Shown here: positions 17,661 through 27,943 of the stretch, piece by piece | Numbering within the stretch: position 1 is the stretch's first letter | Layout of the letters: the number at the start of each line of letters is the position of its first letter | Assembly (NCBI GenBank): GCA_948465565.1 | Contig: CAOJXR010000002.1 | Coordinates: 87,139 to 151,138, forward strand | Length of the DNA: 64,000 nucleotides | Direction: 5' to 3' | From: an uncultured Clostridium sp. | Lineage (GTDB): Bacteria > Bacillota > Clostridia > TANB77 > CAG-508 | Made by a program: the position numbers and the translations under genes | The notes under the pieces: model-generated | The model's database searches: none | Seen by the model: the letters and a program-made list of their open reading frames with translations, nothing else | What the model was told of the DNA's origin: nothing

Positions 17661-18548
17661 TTATTTTTCCTTTACCTTTTCTAATGTTATTTTTCCTGTT
17701 TTTCCGCTTCTAAAATCATCTAAGATTATGTTTGCTACTTTGTTTTCGTCTATGTTTCCTCCTGAAATTAGTGCTCCTCTTTTTCTTCCTATTAAATACA
17801 TTAATTCTAAATAATATTGTGGATTATCCTTTATTGAGCTAATTTCTTGGTCTGTTATTTTGTATTTTTCATATAAATTTTTTGAATAGTTTTTGTCTAA
17901 ATATTTTATTAGATTGTAGGCGATTTCAATCTTGTCTATTACTTCATCTTTTATACTTCCCGTGTAGGCTAGATTTAGCCCTACTTTTTGGTTTTCAAAT
18001 TTTGGCCATAATACTCCTGGTGTATCTAGCAATTCTATTTGATTTCCTATTCTTATCCATTGTTTTTGTTTCGTTACTCCTGGTTTATTTCCAACATTCA
18101 TTGCCGTTTTCTTTGATATTCTATTTATAAATGATGATTTTCCTACATTTGGTATTCCTACTATCATTACTCTGATTGTTTTTCTTATTCTTCCTTTATT
18201 CGCTTGAGTTTCTAATTCATTTGACATCATTTTCTCAATTACTTGTATAACTTGATTTGTTCCTTTTCCTTCATTTGAGTTTACTTCTAATGCTGTAATA
18301 TTTTTGTCTTTAAAATATTGTATCCATTTATTTGTTTCGTTTGCATCTGCTAAATCTGATTTGTTTAGTATTATTATTCTTTTTTTATTTTGTAATATAT
18401 TTGCTATATCTGGATTTTGGCTTGATATTGGAATACGTGCGTCTAGCAACTCGATTACTATATCTACTAATTTTAAATCATCTGTTATTTGTCTTTTGGT
18501 TTTTGCCATATGTCCAGGATACCAGTTGATATTCATGTTATTTTCCAT
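17661..18548 (-). CDS. rbgA: Ribosome biogenesis GTPase A
   Basis: INWYPGHMAKTKRQ, the circularly permuted GTPase motifs (ILNKSDL, GIPNVGKSS, DTPGVL). Start chosen at the ATG preceded by AAGGTG. Confidence 0.8.
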   Translation of the reverse strand: MENNMNINWYPGHMAKTKRQITDDLKLVDIVIELLDARIPISSQNPDIANILQNKKRIIILNKSDLADANETNKWIQYFKDKNITALEVNSNEGKGTNQVIQVIEKMMSNELETQANKGRIRKTIRVMIVGIPNVGKSSFINRISKKTAMNVGNKPGVTKQKQWIRIGNQIELLDTPGVLWPKFENQKVGLNLAYTGSIKDEVIDKIEIAYNLIKYLDKNYSKNLYEKYKITDQEISSIKDNPQYYLELMYLIGRKRGALISGGNIDENKVANIILDDFRSGKTGKITLEKVKEK

Positions 18549-18644
18549 TCTTTTCACCTTCTTTATTTTCAATTTGTTTTATTTCATCTATTTACTTTGT
18601 ATCTTCTTTTTCTTGTTACTTGATTTTTGAAGTTTATTATCTAT

Positions 18645-19079
18645 TTAAAATCCATATTCATCAAAAGCTATTCCATTTTTATAATTATATATTGCTCTTT
18701 TTTCTGCAGTTATTGTGTTTTCAGGAATATTATTAATATCTATCCATCTTAAGTCATCACATTTATCTTTTTCCATTATAGTTGGAGTTCCTTCAAATTT
18801 GTTACATTTTAAGAAAAAGTTTATGTAATTATCATTGTCACTTCTTCTAATCATGCAAATTGTCTCTATATCTTCTTCTTTTATTTTAATTCCTGCTTCT
18901 TCTAAAGTTTCTCTTGCTATTGCTTGTTTTAAGCTTTCTCCTTCTTCAACATGTCCACTAATAAATCCATACATTCCGTCCATATATCCAGTATTACACC
19001 TTTTCATCATTAATATTTCGTTTTTTTCATTTATTATTAGTAGTCCAATTGTTAGGTGAACTGAAAATCTCTCTTTCAT
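18645..19079 (-). CDS. NUDIX hydrolase
   Basis: Nudix box GHVEEGESLKQAIARETLEEAGI. Start chosen at MKERF, which has an AGAGGG ribosome-binding site. Confidence 0.7.
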   Translation of the reverse strand: MKERFSVHLTIGLLIINEKNEILMMKRCNTGYMDGMYGFISGHVEEGESLKQAIARETLEEAGIKIKEEDIETICMIRRSDNDNYINFFLKCNKFEGTPTIMEKDKCDDLRWIDINNIPENTITAEKRAIYNYKNGIAFDEYGF

Positions 19080-19235
19080 ATTTTCCCTCTTTTCCTTATA
19101 TAACAATTTATTTTACATTATACCATAGATTTTACCATTATTCAAAATTTTTCAGGAAACAAAATAAATGAACCAAAATTATTAAACTTTTTAATAATTT
19201 TGATTCATTTATTTTTTATTATCTTTTTTGAAGAT

Positions 19236-19688
19236 TTAGGTTCTATAATTATTTCTATCTGCTCTGTCGTCCATTTTTCTGTCGAATTCTTCATTTCCAT
19301 AGAACCATACTGTTTTTTTATCTTCACCTTTTCCCATTCTATCCTTGTTAATGCCAATATCTATTAATGATATTAGTGGCAAAATTACACCTAATGCGTC
19401 TATCATTATTGTTTGTACATTTCCTACACCATTAGTTAGGCAGTTGTATAAGTCATTTCCAAAGTATGCTGTAAATGCGATAAAGTATACAAAAGCTCCT
19501 CCTAAGTGTCTTTTTAGTATAAGTGCAAAACATGGAATTGAAACAAATAATAGTGCAATTTCAAGGTTTGTGTTTATTGGTTGAATTGCAAACTCCCATT
19601 CCATTGTTGCACATAATACTACAACTACTCTAAAAAGCCAAAATAGTATTCCTAGGAAAGAGATTAGGTAACTTAACATTCCTACCAT
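19236..19688 (-). CDS. Hypothetical integral membrane protein
   Basis: Multi-TM hydrophobic ORF. Confidence 0.4.
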   Translation of the reverse strand: MVGMLSYLISFLGILFWLFRVVVVLCATMEWEFAIQPINTNLEIALLFVSIPCFALILKRHLGGAFVYFIAFTAYFGNDLYNCLTNGVGNVQTIMIDALGVILPLISLIDIGINKDRMGKGEDKKTVWFYGNEEFDRKMDDRADRNNYRT

Positions 19689-19770
19689 TTCTTCCTCCGT
19701 CCAGATTTATGAAAAGCTGCATCTAACTGTGTTAAACTTGCTTTTGATAAATCTTATTGTGTTTTTTATT

Positions 19771-20121
19771 TTATTCTTCTACATAGTTGAATTCATCTTT
19801 GAATTTTTCTTTGAATATTTCGAATACTTTGTTTAAAGTTTCTTCATCTTCAACACCAACATATGATTCTTCATCTTCTGATTCTGTTTGTTCTACTTTT
19901 AGTATAACAACTTCTCCAATTTCGTCTTCATCAGCTTCTTCAACTGGTAATAATACAACATATTCTTCTTGGTCATATTCAATTAAATCTAAGAATTCAA
20001 ATTGAACTTCTTCTCCATTTTCATCATTTAATATTATTATATTATCTAATTCTTCCTCCATGTGGTCGTGTCCACAGTCGCATGTGTGTTTGTTTTCTTC
20101 GCTCATTTTTTCTCCTTTCAA
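19771..20121 (-). CDS. DUF1292/UPF0473 family acidic protein (YrzB-like)
   Basis: N-terminal CDCGHDH, an acidic tail, and conserved position after ruvX. Confidence 0.65.
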   Translation of the reverse strand: MKGEKMSEENKHTCDCGHDHMEEELDNIIILNDENGEEVQFEFLDLIEYDQEEYVVLLPVEEADEDEIGEVVILKVEQTESEDEESYVGVEDEETLNKVFEIFKEKFKDEFNYVEE

Positions 20122-20190
20122 TTTGTTCTCGAAATATTACTCTCGTGAACATTTTATTTAATTTATTTTTATAAAATATTAATAACTAAA

Positions 20191-20607
20191 CTATTTATTT
20201 CTATTCATATACATTTCTAGTATATATACTGCCGAAATTGTGTCTACAATATTCCTTTTTTTGTGTGGATTTATTCCTAAATCATTCATTGTTCTGTGTG
20301 CTGCTACTGTAGTTAGTCTTTCGTCTATAGTATCTATTTTTATTTTGTTATATTTACATTTTAATTTATGGATGAACTTTTCAGTTATTTCAACTCTTTC
20401 TGACGCTGTTCCATTCATGTTTAATGGCTTTCCAACTACTATGCAATCAATTTCATATGCTTGCATTATTTCATCTAGTCTTTTTAGTACAGTTTTGTCG
20501 TTTCCATTATGATGAATTGTTTCTAACCCTTGTGCTGTAATTCCTAATGCGTCTGTGATTGCTATTCCTACTCTGGCATCTCCATAATCAATTCCTAATG
20601 TTCTCAT
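20191..20607 (-). CDS. ruvX: Holliday-junction resolvase-like nuclease RuvX/YqgF
   Basis: MRTLGIDYGDARVGIAITD N-terminus, RNase H-like fold family. Confidence 0.8.
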   Translation of the reverse strand: MRTLGIDYGDARVGIAITDALGITAQGLETIHHNGNDKTVLKRLDEIMQAYEIDCIVVGKPLNMNGTASERVEITEKFIHKLKCKYNKIKIDTIDERLTTVAAHRTMNDLGINPHKKRNIVDTISAVYILEMYMNRNK

Positions 20608-20901
20608 TTATTTTTCTAATCCTATATAATATTTTACCATTTTTTCAAGCAATTCGTCTCTTTCTACTTTGCGAATTAGATTTCTTGCATCATTATGACT
20701 TGTTATATATGTTGGATCTCCTGATAATATATATCCAACTATTTGATTTATTGGATTATATCCTTTTTCAACAAGACTTTCATATACTTTTTTCATAATT
20801 TCTTTTGTTTCTAAGCTTGAATCTTTTTCAACCTTAAAACTCATTGTTTTGTCAAAATTCATGTAACTCTCCTTTTTAAATAAAATTGATGTTTTGCTCA
20901 T
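20608..20901 (-). CDS. ireB: IreB/UPF0297 family protein (YrzL-like)
   Basis: 97 aa with [27 protein letters not shown]; conserved ireB-ruvX-DUF1292 gene order. Confidence 0.7.
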   Translation of the reverse strand: MSKTSILFKKESYMNFDKTMSFKVEKDSSLETKEIMKKVYESLVEKGYNPINQIVGYILSGDPTYITSHNDARNLIRKVERDELLEKMVKYYIGLEK

Positions 20902-21973
20902 CTTTACTTGCCATGTCTAAATATTCTTCTAGTTTTTTAGTAACACTTTCAATTCCAGTTCCTTTATAGTATGTACCTACTGCAAAGTTTAATTTTGGTC
21001 TTACTAGGAATTTTTCAGAAGTTGCTGGATTTTCATACTCAACTTGTGTGTCTTCTAAATCTTGTTTTAGTGCTTTTATGTTTTCAATTACTTCTTCTTC
21101 TGATTTTCCAACATATACTATTGCAAATTTAGGTCCCATATATCTTACAAATACGTCTGTTGATGCTATACAAGTCTTAGTCCAATTGGCAACTGAAATT
21201 ATTATGTTGTTTCCTGTAATTCTTGAAAATTTATTATTTATTTCTTCTATGTTTGTTATTCTGTACATTACAACTATTGACTGTGGTGCAGAATCTATTG
21301 TTGATTTGGCTCGTCCATATAAATATTCTGCTGAATATAGTCCTGTGAACTGGTCTGTTCGTACTATACTTTCCATTGCAGTTTGATATGATACTGTTTT
21401 TAGTATTGATACTAAATCATCTTTTATTACTTCTAATAATGTTGTATCTGTATTGTCAAATGCATGTATTACTGAACTTTCTATAATCCAATATCCAATA
21501 TATATATTATCAATATATAGTGGAAAGAACATTGCTGATTTTGCTCTTGAAAAATCTAGTTTTTGATATGGTAATTTTTCTTCTTCTGAGTCAATTGTTA
21601 TATATTTAGGTGTTGCTGTGCTAATACTATCTTTAAAAACTTCTTCTGTGTGTAAGTTTGTTAGGTTGTTCCAATATTTCTCATCTGTATTTGATGCTTT
21701 TAATATATATTCTGCGCCATTGAATACTACTATACTTGAATATTTTATTTCAAACTTATCTATTAGTACTTCGTTTATTTTTTTGATTTTATCATCAACT
21801 GGCAAATCTTCACCTGTTATGTTCATAAAATCTTGCAAAGCATTTAATTTATTGATTTTGGAAGATACATTGTTAAATGTTGTAAGTTTTTTCTTTATAT
21901 TTATATTGTAAGCAATTAGAATACCTACTATTCCAATCAATACAATTATTGGTATTAGCGCCACTTTTTTCAC
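20876..21973 (-). CDS. Membrane-anchored protein with a degenerate GGDEF-like domain
   Basis: N-terminal TM segment. The C-terminal region is [36 protein letters not shown], with GPKF in place of GG(D/E)EF. Confidence 0.45.
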   Translation of the reverse strand: MKKVALIPIIVLIGIVGILIAYNINIKKKLTTFNNVSSKINKLNALQDFMNITGEDLPVDDKIKKINEVLIDKFEIKYSSIVVFNGAEYILKASNTDEKYWNNLTNLHTEEVFKDSISTATPKYITIDSEEEKLPYQKLDFSRAKSAMFFPLYIDNIYIGYWIIESSVIHAFDNTDTTLLEVIKDDLVSILKTVSYQTAMESIVRTDQFTGLYSAEYLYGRAKSTIDSAPQSIVVMYRITNIEEINNKFSRITGNNIIISVANWTKTCIASTDVFVRYMGPKFAIVYVGKSEEEVIENIKALKQDLEDTQVEYENPATSEKFLVRPKLNFAVGTYYKGTGIESVTKKLEEYLDMASKDEQNINFI

Positions 21974-21982
21974 CTCTTAATT

Positions 21983-24900
21983 TTAATATTTGTTTCTCAT
22001 TTGATTTAATGTATTACTCATTTCTGCTGAAAAGTTATTTCCATAACTCATTTCTGCTGGACTTTTTTGAGTACTATATGTTTGTTTGCTCAATAATGGG
22101 TATACCATGTTTCCTAATATTTTTAAACTATTTATAAATCCTTTTGGATATCCATTTATTGATATTACGCAATTTACTATTCCTTCTAGGTATCTTGAAT
22201 ATACATTTTCATCAAAAGGAATTGTGCATGCACGTATTTTGTCTTTATTAAATAATTCTGTCATATATGACATTGCTGGGTCATTGTAGAAAGACATTCC
22301 ACCAATTACTGCTTTGCTTGATAGGTTTCTAACTTTTAGTTCTTTATTTACAACAATTCTTAATTTTTCTTGGTCAAGTATTCCTTTTGTTTTTAATTCT
22401 CTTAAGAATCCTGTTAACTCTTGAATTGTTAATATATCCATTGATTGAACTAAGTATATTTCTTGGCTGTTTGCAAAATAACCATAGTCAGTATCAAAGT
22501 CACAATCAATTAGTACTAATGATGAATTTTGTACTAGGGTTGAAAGGATTGCTTCTGTATTTGAATAGTCTTTTCCATCATTAGGCATTGCAGTATAAAC
22601 TTCTAAGTTTCTGTCAATTCTTATTGGTTCTGAAACTCCATTTTCTAATTTTTCTATTGATGTATATGCTACATTTCTTAAGTTTTCATCATTATTAGTA
22701 TATATATAATATGAATTTTTATTTTTCGTCATGTCTAATATTGCTGTTTTTACTCCTAATGATGAGAATAAACATGCTAAATTGTTTACTAAAAATGATG
22801 TTCCACTTTTACTTGCACCAACGAAAGCTACTATTTTCTTGTCTTTTGTTAGTACTGTGTTTAAGCTCCCTGTAGAATATACTCTGTTTTCTTCTAATTT
22901 CTTTATTGATTCTATTCTATCTTGACTTGGACTGTATTGGTTTACAGGTGTCTCCATGGTATTTATTCTTGACATACTTGGCGGTACATATTTTCCTGAA
23001 TATGTATCTTGACTAAATTCTTGTCTCTCAAATTGTGTTTCTGATAGTGGTTCTGGTCTACTTTGATATTGACTATCTTCTATGCCTGGCAGGCTTGTTA
23101 TAAGGTCACTTTCTTCTGGAGCTGTACTTTCTAAACCTGATAAACTTGATAATATATCGTCTTGATCATCTTCCATCATGTCTAATCCTGGTAAGCTCAT
23201 TTCTGTAGAGCTTAGTCCTGGCAATGGTGTAGCTTCTGGTTCGTTTGGTAATACATTATTTGTTATTGTTTCTGGAATTTCTACTTTTGGTTCATTTAAG
23301 ATATCATCAAAAGCTTCAATTCCAGGTAATTCTTGTACTGATTGTGTCTCTTGGCTATATGTTTGTACTGATGAACTTGTTGCTGGTTGTCCTACAAGTG
23401 GTTGTTCTTGTCTAACTGCTTGTGTTTGTTGTTCAGGCTGATTAATTATTTGTTCAGGTTGATTAATTATCGGTGCTACTGGTTGAATCTGTGGTTGTAC
23501 TGTTTCTTCTGGAAGTGGATTCTTTCTAGGTCTTCCACGTTTTCCTTTTGGCTTTGGTGGCTCTATCGGATATTTTCTTGGTCTACCTCTTCCACGTTTT
23601 GGCTCTTGCTCTACTTCTGGTTCATTTGCAACTTCTGGCATTTCTAATTGTGTTGATTCTACTGGCTCTGCTGGTAAAATCATGTCTTCAAAGCCTGGTA
23701 ATATAGTATCTTCTTGAATAGGAACTTGTGTATGATTTTCTTGCACTTGTACTGGACTTTGTGGCAATTCTATATCATCTAGTCCTGGTAATGAAATCTC
23801 TGGTTCATTATTTTCTTTTGGTAACTCATTAAACATGTTGTCAAAATCTTCTAATCCTGGTAATGTTGCCTCCTGAGTTTCTCTCTCTACAGGGCTTTGT
23901 GGTAACTCTATATTGTCAAATCCTGATAATAAGTCTTCATTAACTGGATGTGCAACTTGTCTTTGAACACTTGGCTGTGCAGGCTCTTGTGGTATTGGTC
24001 TTTGTTGTTCTGTTATTTCTTGTCTTTGTTGCATAATTGTTTGAGGATCTCTAGTTGGACTAGCCATATCGCCCATTCTTCCTTGTCTAGGATCATTTTG
24101 AATTTGATTTAATTGGTCATCTGAATATATTTTTCTCTCATTTCTGACATTCATACTATTTGGAATGATTACATTTCCTGTCATTCTTGATTGATTTCTT
24201 TTTTGGTCTAGTATATCGATTCCACTTGGTAATTCTGGTTCTGCTGTAGCACTTGGTGCTCTTTGATTCCAAGTTGTTGATCCAGCTTTTTGAGTATTCT
24301 TGCTTTTTTCTATTTTCTCTTTTAATTTTCTTTGCTCTTCTATTTGTTCTAATTTTCTTTGCTCTTGAATTTTTTGTTTTGCTTTTCTTTCTTGGTCTGA
24401 TTCTCCAGCATATGTTACTAATTCTTGATATTTTGGACACTCAGCCTCTAATACAGCTCTTACATTTATAGGTAAACATTTTATAATAATTTTTAATTGT
24501 TGGTCTGTATATTGTGCAGCTATATTGTTAAAGCTGTCTGCATATCTGTCTTCGTTTTTTCCTAATTTCTTGTAATGAATTAGGATATTTTGCATTTCTT
24601 GTTCTGATACATCATCTATTATTGTTTGTGATGAGGCTTGTCCCTCTATTTTATAATACTCTTGTGCTTCTCTTTCATTTCGAGGATTGTTGATTAAATC
24701 ACATACATTATCTATTCTTCTGTCTGTTCCTACTAATGCATTATATATTTTGTATTCGAACATTTTTGTTAATACAAGACTTGATTTTGTTCTTCTGTCT
24801 GTGCATATTACTATTACATCTGTTTTCTTTACACTATTGTTTTGTATTTCGTTTGAGATTTCTTTTAATCTTTCTACAATAAATTTATCTATTATGTCAT

Positions 24901-25096
24901 AATTATTATTAGAAAATGGCTCTAGGTCTTCACTTATAACAATTCTATCATATGTTTTGTCTTTTTGTATTTCTCTTATAATTGCATTAAAGTAAAATAC
25001 ATTTTTAAATGAAACTGCTTCACCATATCTGTTTCTATAACTATCTACAATTTTATTCAAAACATTTTCATTACTTATCGCAAATAAAATCTTCAT
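21983..25096 (-). CDS. 1037-aa multidomain protein: receiver-like N-terminus, repeat/AT-hook linker, C-terminal ParA/MinD-like ATPase
   Basis: N-terminus MKILFAISNENVL.. is REC/CpaE-like. The middle is P/Q/E-rich with repeated LPG[LIF][ED] units and KRGRGRPRK / KRGRPRK AT-hooks. The C-terminus has a deviant Walker A (VGASKSGTS) and Walker B (LVLIDCD). Confidence 0.55.
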   Translation of the reverse strand: MKILFAISNENVLNKIVDSYRNRYGEAVSFKNVFYFNAIIREIQKDKTYDRIVISEDLEPFSNNNYDIIDKFIVERLKEISNEIQNNSVKKTDVIVICTDRRTKSSLVLTKMFEYKIYNALVGTDRRIDNVCDLINNPRNEREAQEYYKIEGQASSQTIIDDVSEQEMQNILIHYKKLGKNEDRYADSFNNIAAQYTDQQLKIIIKCLPINVRAVLEAECPKYQELVTYAGESDQERKAKQKIQEQRKLEQIEEQRKLKEKIEKSKNTQKAGSTTWNQRAPSATAEPELPSGIDILDQKRNQSRMTGNVIIPNSMNVRNERKIYSDDQLNQIQNDPRQGRMGDMASPTRDPQTIMQQRQEITEQQRPIPQEPAQPSVQRQVAHPVNEDLLSGFDNIELPQSPVERETQEATLPGLEDFDNMFNELPKENNEPEISLPGLDDIELPQSPVQVQENHTQVPIQEDTILPGFEDMILPAEPVESTQLEMPEVANEPEVEQEPKRGRGRPRKYPIEPPKPKGKRGRPRKNPLPEETVQPQIQPVAPIINQPEQIINQPEQQTQAVRQEQPLVGQPATSSSVQTYSQETQSVQELPGIEAFDDILNEPKVEIPETITNNVLPNEPEATPLPGLSSTEMSLPGLDMMEDDQDDILSSLSGLESTAPEESDLITSLPGIEDSQYQSRPEPLSETQFERQEFSQDTYSGKYVPPSMSRINTMETPVNQYSPSQDRIESIKKLEENRVYSTGSLNTVLTKDKKIVAFVGASKSGTSFLVNNLACLFSSLGVKTAILDMTKNKNSYYIYTNNDENLRNVAYTSIEKLENGVSEPIRIDRNLEVYTAMPNDGKDYSNTEAILSTLVQNSSLVLIDCDFDTDYGYFANSQEIYLVQSMDILTIQELTGFLRELKTKGILDQEKLRIVVNKELKVRNLSSKAVIGGMSFYNDPAMSYMTELFNKDKIRACTIPFDENVYSRYLEGIVNCVISINGYPKGFINSLKILGNMVYPLLSKQTYSTQKSPAEMSYGNNFSAEMSNTLNQMRNKY

Positions 25097-25125
25097 TTGT
25101 CAACCCCCAAATTTTTAGTAGATTC

Positions 25126-25563
25126 TTATAGAACCCATCCTCTTGTTACTATTGTAAATACTAATGGTAACACTTGTGCTATTACTAAGATCGTAACAAA
25201 CGCTATGATTAAGTTAAAACCTCTGTCACGTATGTCTAGTCTTCTAATTCCAATTATGTATTGGTATATAGCTCCAACTGATATTCCTAAAAAGCATAGA
25301 GGTATACTATATATTCTTACTGTATCTAGTACCATTGCTGTAATTCCGTAGGCCTTTGATCCATACTTTTCTGAATATTGTTCTATTTTACCTAGCGCTT
25401 GTTCTTTTGTTTTATAGAAATCACTAGCGTTGTCTGATTCTAAAACTTCGCCATTGTCATTTATTTTCTCATTTGCAGCATAAACTGGAGTAATTATTGC
25501 TAGCATCAATATTAAAAATATAGCTACTATTGATAGTATTTTTTTCATTTTTTGTCCTCCCAT
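25126..25563 (-). CDS. Hypothetical secreted/membrane protein
   Basis: Signal/TM segment followed by two further TM segments; start uncertain. Confidence 0.4.
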   Translation of the reverse strand: MGGQKMKKILSIVAIFLILMLAIITPVYAANEKINDNGEVLESDNASDFYKTKEQALGKIEQYSEKYGSKAYGITAMVLDTVRIYSIPLCFLGISVGAIYQYIIGIRRLDIRDRGFNLIIAFVTILVIAQVLPLVFTIVTRGWVL

Positions 25564-25690
25564 TTTTTCCTTTTTTGCCTAATTTTATACATATATTATA
25601 ATACAATAAATATTTAAAAATAGCAACTAATTTTGTAATATTTGCGTAAATTATTTTAGAGGACACTTTATTTTAAGCGTCCTCTAAAGT

Positions 25691-26962
25691 TTATAATCTC
25701 TCATATAGATATGTCATCCATTTGAATACAGCATTTGCCCAATTTTTGTCGCTTGCGTAGCGTGTGTTTACTCCTGTTAGTGTTGGTCCGTTGTAATACA
25801 TTCCTGTTGCAAGTTGTCCATCATATATTTCTGTTCCACTTGGATTTAAATAATTTTTAACTAACACTCTTGCTAATAAATCTATTCCTGCTGCATATGA
25901 ATCAAACGAATATGCTCCTCCATACGGATTGCTGTCATATGCTCCATATCCAAATAAGTTCTTTTTATCGTTTGCTATTTGTGAAGTTCCCCATCCTCCT
26001 TCGTGTATTGCCATTGATGCAAGATATATTCCATTTATTCCATATTGTTTTTCTGCATAATAGAAGTATTCTGCACTGCTTGCTATTACGCCCTGTGTGT
26101 CTTGGCTATTAAAATATAAAACCTTTTTAAATTGGTCTAACGTAAATCCACTTGGTCTCATTAAGTCCATTTCAAAACTTAAACTTGCTAGTAATTCTTC
26201 TTTTGAATATTCTACACCTTCAGTAAAATTCTGGGTTCCTCCTTTTGGATTTATATTTGTAAAGCATTTGCTGTCAACATACCCTATATAGGTTGAATAT
26301 TGTACCTTTAACCAGTTGTTGTTTATAACTTCCATAATTACTGCTTTTTCATCTTTACTTATAGAACATAATTCTGGTGATTTTCTACTTGCAGCTTCTC
26401 TTACTTTTACAATCTCTGGTGTTGCATATATTGAATCTCCTTGCTTTGGTGTGTAATTGTTTACGCCTTCTCCTGTTCCAATTTGTACAATTTTGTTTTT
26501 GGATTGGACTTTTACTTCTCCTTGTATTCTCTCTTCTTCAATAAATTCATTTCCTGCATATGTTTTTATTATTACCATTGATTGGGAACCGTCTTCACCT
26601 TCTTGTATTACTTGAATTGTTCCTGTTGGTAACTCTGGGTTTTCATGATATTCTGTTGTATAGTCTAAGTCAACTTCGTCTACATCTAGTGTCTTTTTAT
26701 ATGTAACTTCTGTATTTTCTTTTATTATTGCTTTGACATCTATTTTATTTTTATTTTCTTGCATTGCAACTCTTTCATTGCGTTTAACTTCTGGTTCTGT
26801 TGTTTTTTCTTTTGTGATTTCTTCTACGGCTTGTACTGATTTAAATGATTTAAAGCATAAAAAAGAAAGTAGACTTAATATTATTACGACTACTGTATAT
26901 ACAATTATTCTTTGTTTTACTATCTGCTCTCTTGTTTTTATTACATACTTTATTTTTTTCAT
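25691..26962 (-). CDS. Cell-wall hydrolase: SH3 domain plus GH73 N-acetylglucosaminidase
   Basis: N-terminal TM, SH3-like region (KGGTQNF..VQYSTYIGYVDS) and C-terminal glucosaminidase (GINGIYLASMAIHEGGWGTS..YNGPT..YASD). Confidence 0.7.
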   Translation of the reverse strand: MKKIKYVIKTREQIVKQRIIVYTVVVIILSLLSFLCFKSFKSVQAVEEITKEKTTEPEVKRNERVAMQENKNKIDVKAIIKENTEVTYKKTLDVDEVDLDYTTEYHENPELPTGTIQVIQEGEDGSQSMVIIKTYAGNEFIEEERIQGEVKVQSKNKIVQIGTGEGVNNYTPKQGDSIYATPEIVKVREAASRKSPELCSISKDEKAVIMEVINNNWLKVQYSTYIGYVDSKCFTNINPKGGTQNFTEGVEYSKEELLASLSFEMDLMRPSGFTLDQFKKVLYFNSQDTQGVIASSAEYFYYAEKQYGINGIYLASMAIHEGGWGTSQIANDKKNLFGYGAYDSNPYGGAYSFDSYAAGIDLLARVLVKNYLNPSGTEIYDGQLATGMYYNGPTLTGVNTRYASDKNWANAVFKWMTYLYERL

Positions 26963-27104
26963 TTTTATCTCCTATAAATTATTGTAATATTAGCAACTTT
27001 TTTTGTCAAATACAGTTTTTGGATTTATTTTTTATAGATATTGATTTATGGCATAAATTATTATATAGTATAGATGATTTATACTTTGGAGGAAAGTTAT
27101 TATT

Positions 27105-27932
27105 ATGTTTCAAGATAAGCAAATAATGATAATAATAAAGATTTCAATACTTATTTTTATTGTTTTAGTTTCAGTTTTACTTTTTAATATATTAAAGAAT
27201 CGTCAATTAACTCAGGAAATAGATAAAAAAGAACCTGTACTTTCTCTTACTACTGATAGTAATATTTTTAAAGTAAGTTCTGTTTTTTTATACTCTTCTG
27301 CTAATGCTTTGAATAATTCTGAAATGCAAAGTGATTATTGGGATTTGAATTTATATCAATATACAGATATGGCTATTTCTATTGATAATCATGTTTCTAT
27401 TGATGGACTTACTCAAAAAAATACTATAAAAGAAATGTATATAGATAATATTTCTTATCCTTCTAGCCCTAAGCAGGGTAATCCTGTTTTATATTACAAG
27501 GAGGCTGATTATCTTGGAAGGGGTATTATCGATAAAGAAAATGTAGTTTCAAAGAAATTAGATTTCAACGTTATTTCTTCGAATGACTATGAACCAACAG
27601 AACCAAGCTTTTATGCTGATTGTTCTAATCCAATTTTACTTTCATCAATAAATAAAGAAATTGTTCCTAATTTTACAATTAGAAATACTAATTCTGCAAT
27701 AACTTTTGATGGTAGTTTATTATTGGATGCAGATGTTCTTGTTAGTAATATTGAGTATTCTATTTCGTTTTCAATACATATTATAAATCATTTGGATGAA
27801 GAGTATGTTTGTAATTTAACTGTTCCTATAAAGCTTAGAGATTCGAGTGATATTGATACAATTTATGATGGATCATATACTGTTACTTTAGATAATTTAT
27901 CTAGTAATAGATTTTATAAATTAGAAAGTTAA
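27105..27932 (+). CDS. Hypothetical membrane-anchored protein
   Basis: N-terminal TM; no recognised domain. Confidence 0.4.
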   Translation: MFQDKQIMIIIKISILIFIVLVSVLLFNILKNRQLTQEIDKKEPVLSLTTDSNIFKVSSVFLYSSANALNNSEMQSDYWDLNLYQYTDMAISIDNHVSIDGLTQKNTIKEMYIDNISYPSSPKQGNPVLYYKEADYLGRGIIDKENVVSKKLDFNVISSNDYEPTEPSFYADCSNPILLSSINKEIVPNFTIRNTNSAITFDGSLLLDADVLVSNIEYSISFSIHIINHLDEEYVCNLTVPIKLRDSSDIDTIYDGSYTVTLDNLSSNRFYKLES

Positions 27933-27943
27933 GTGGGGATTTT

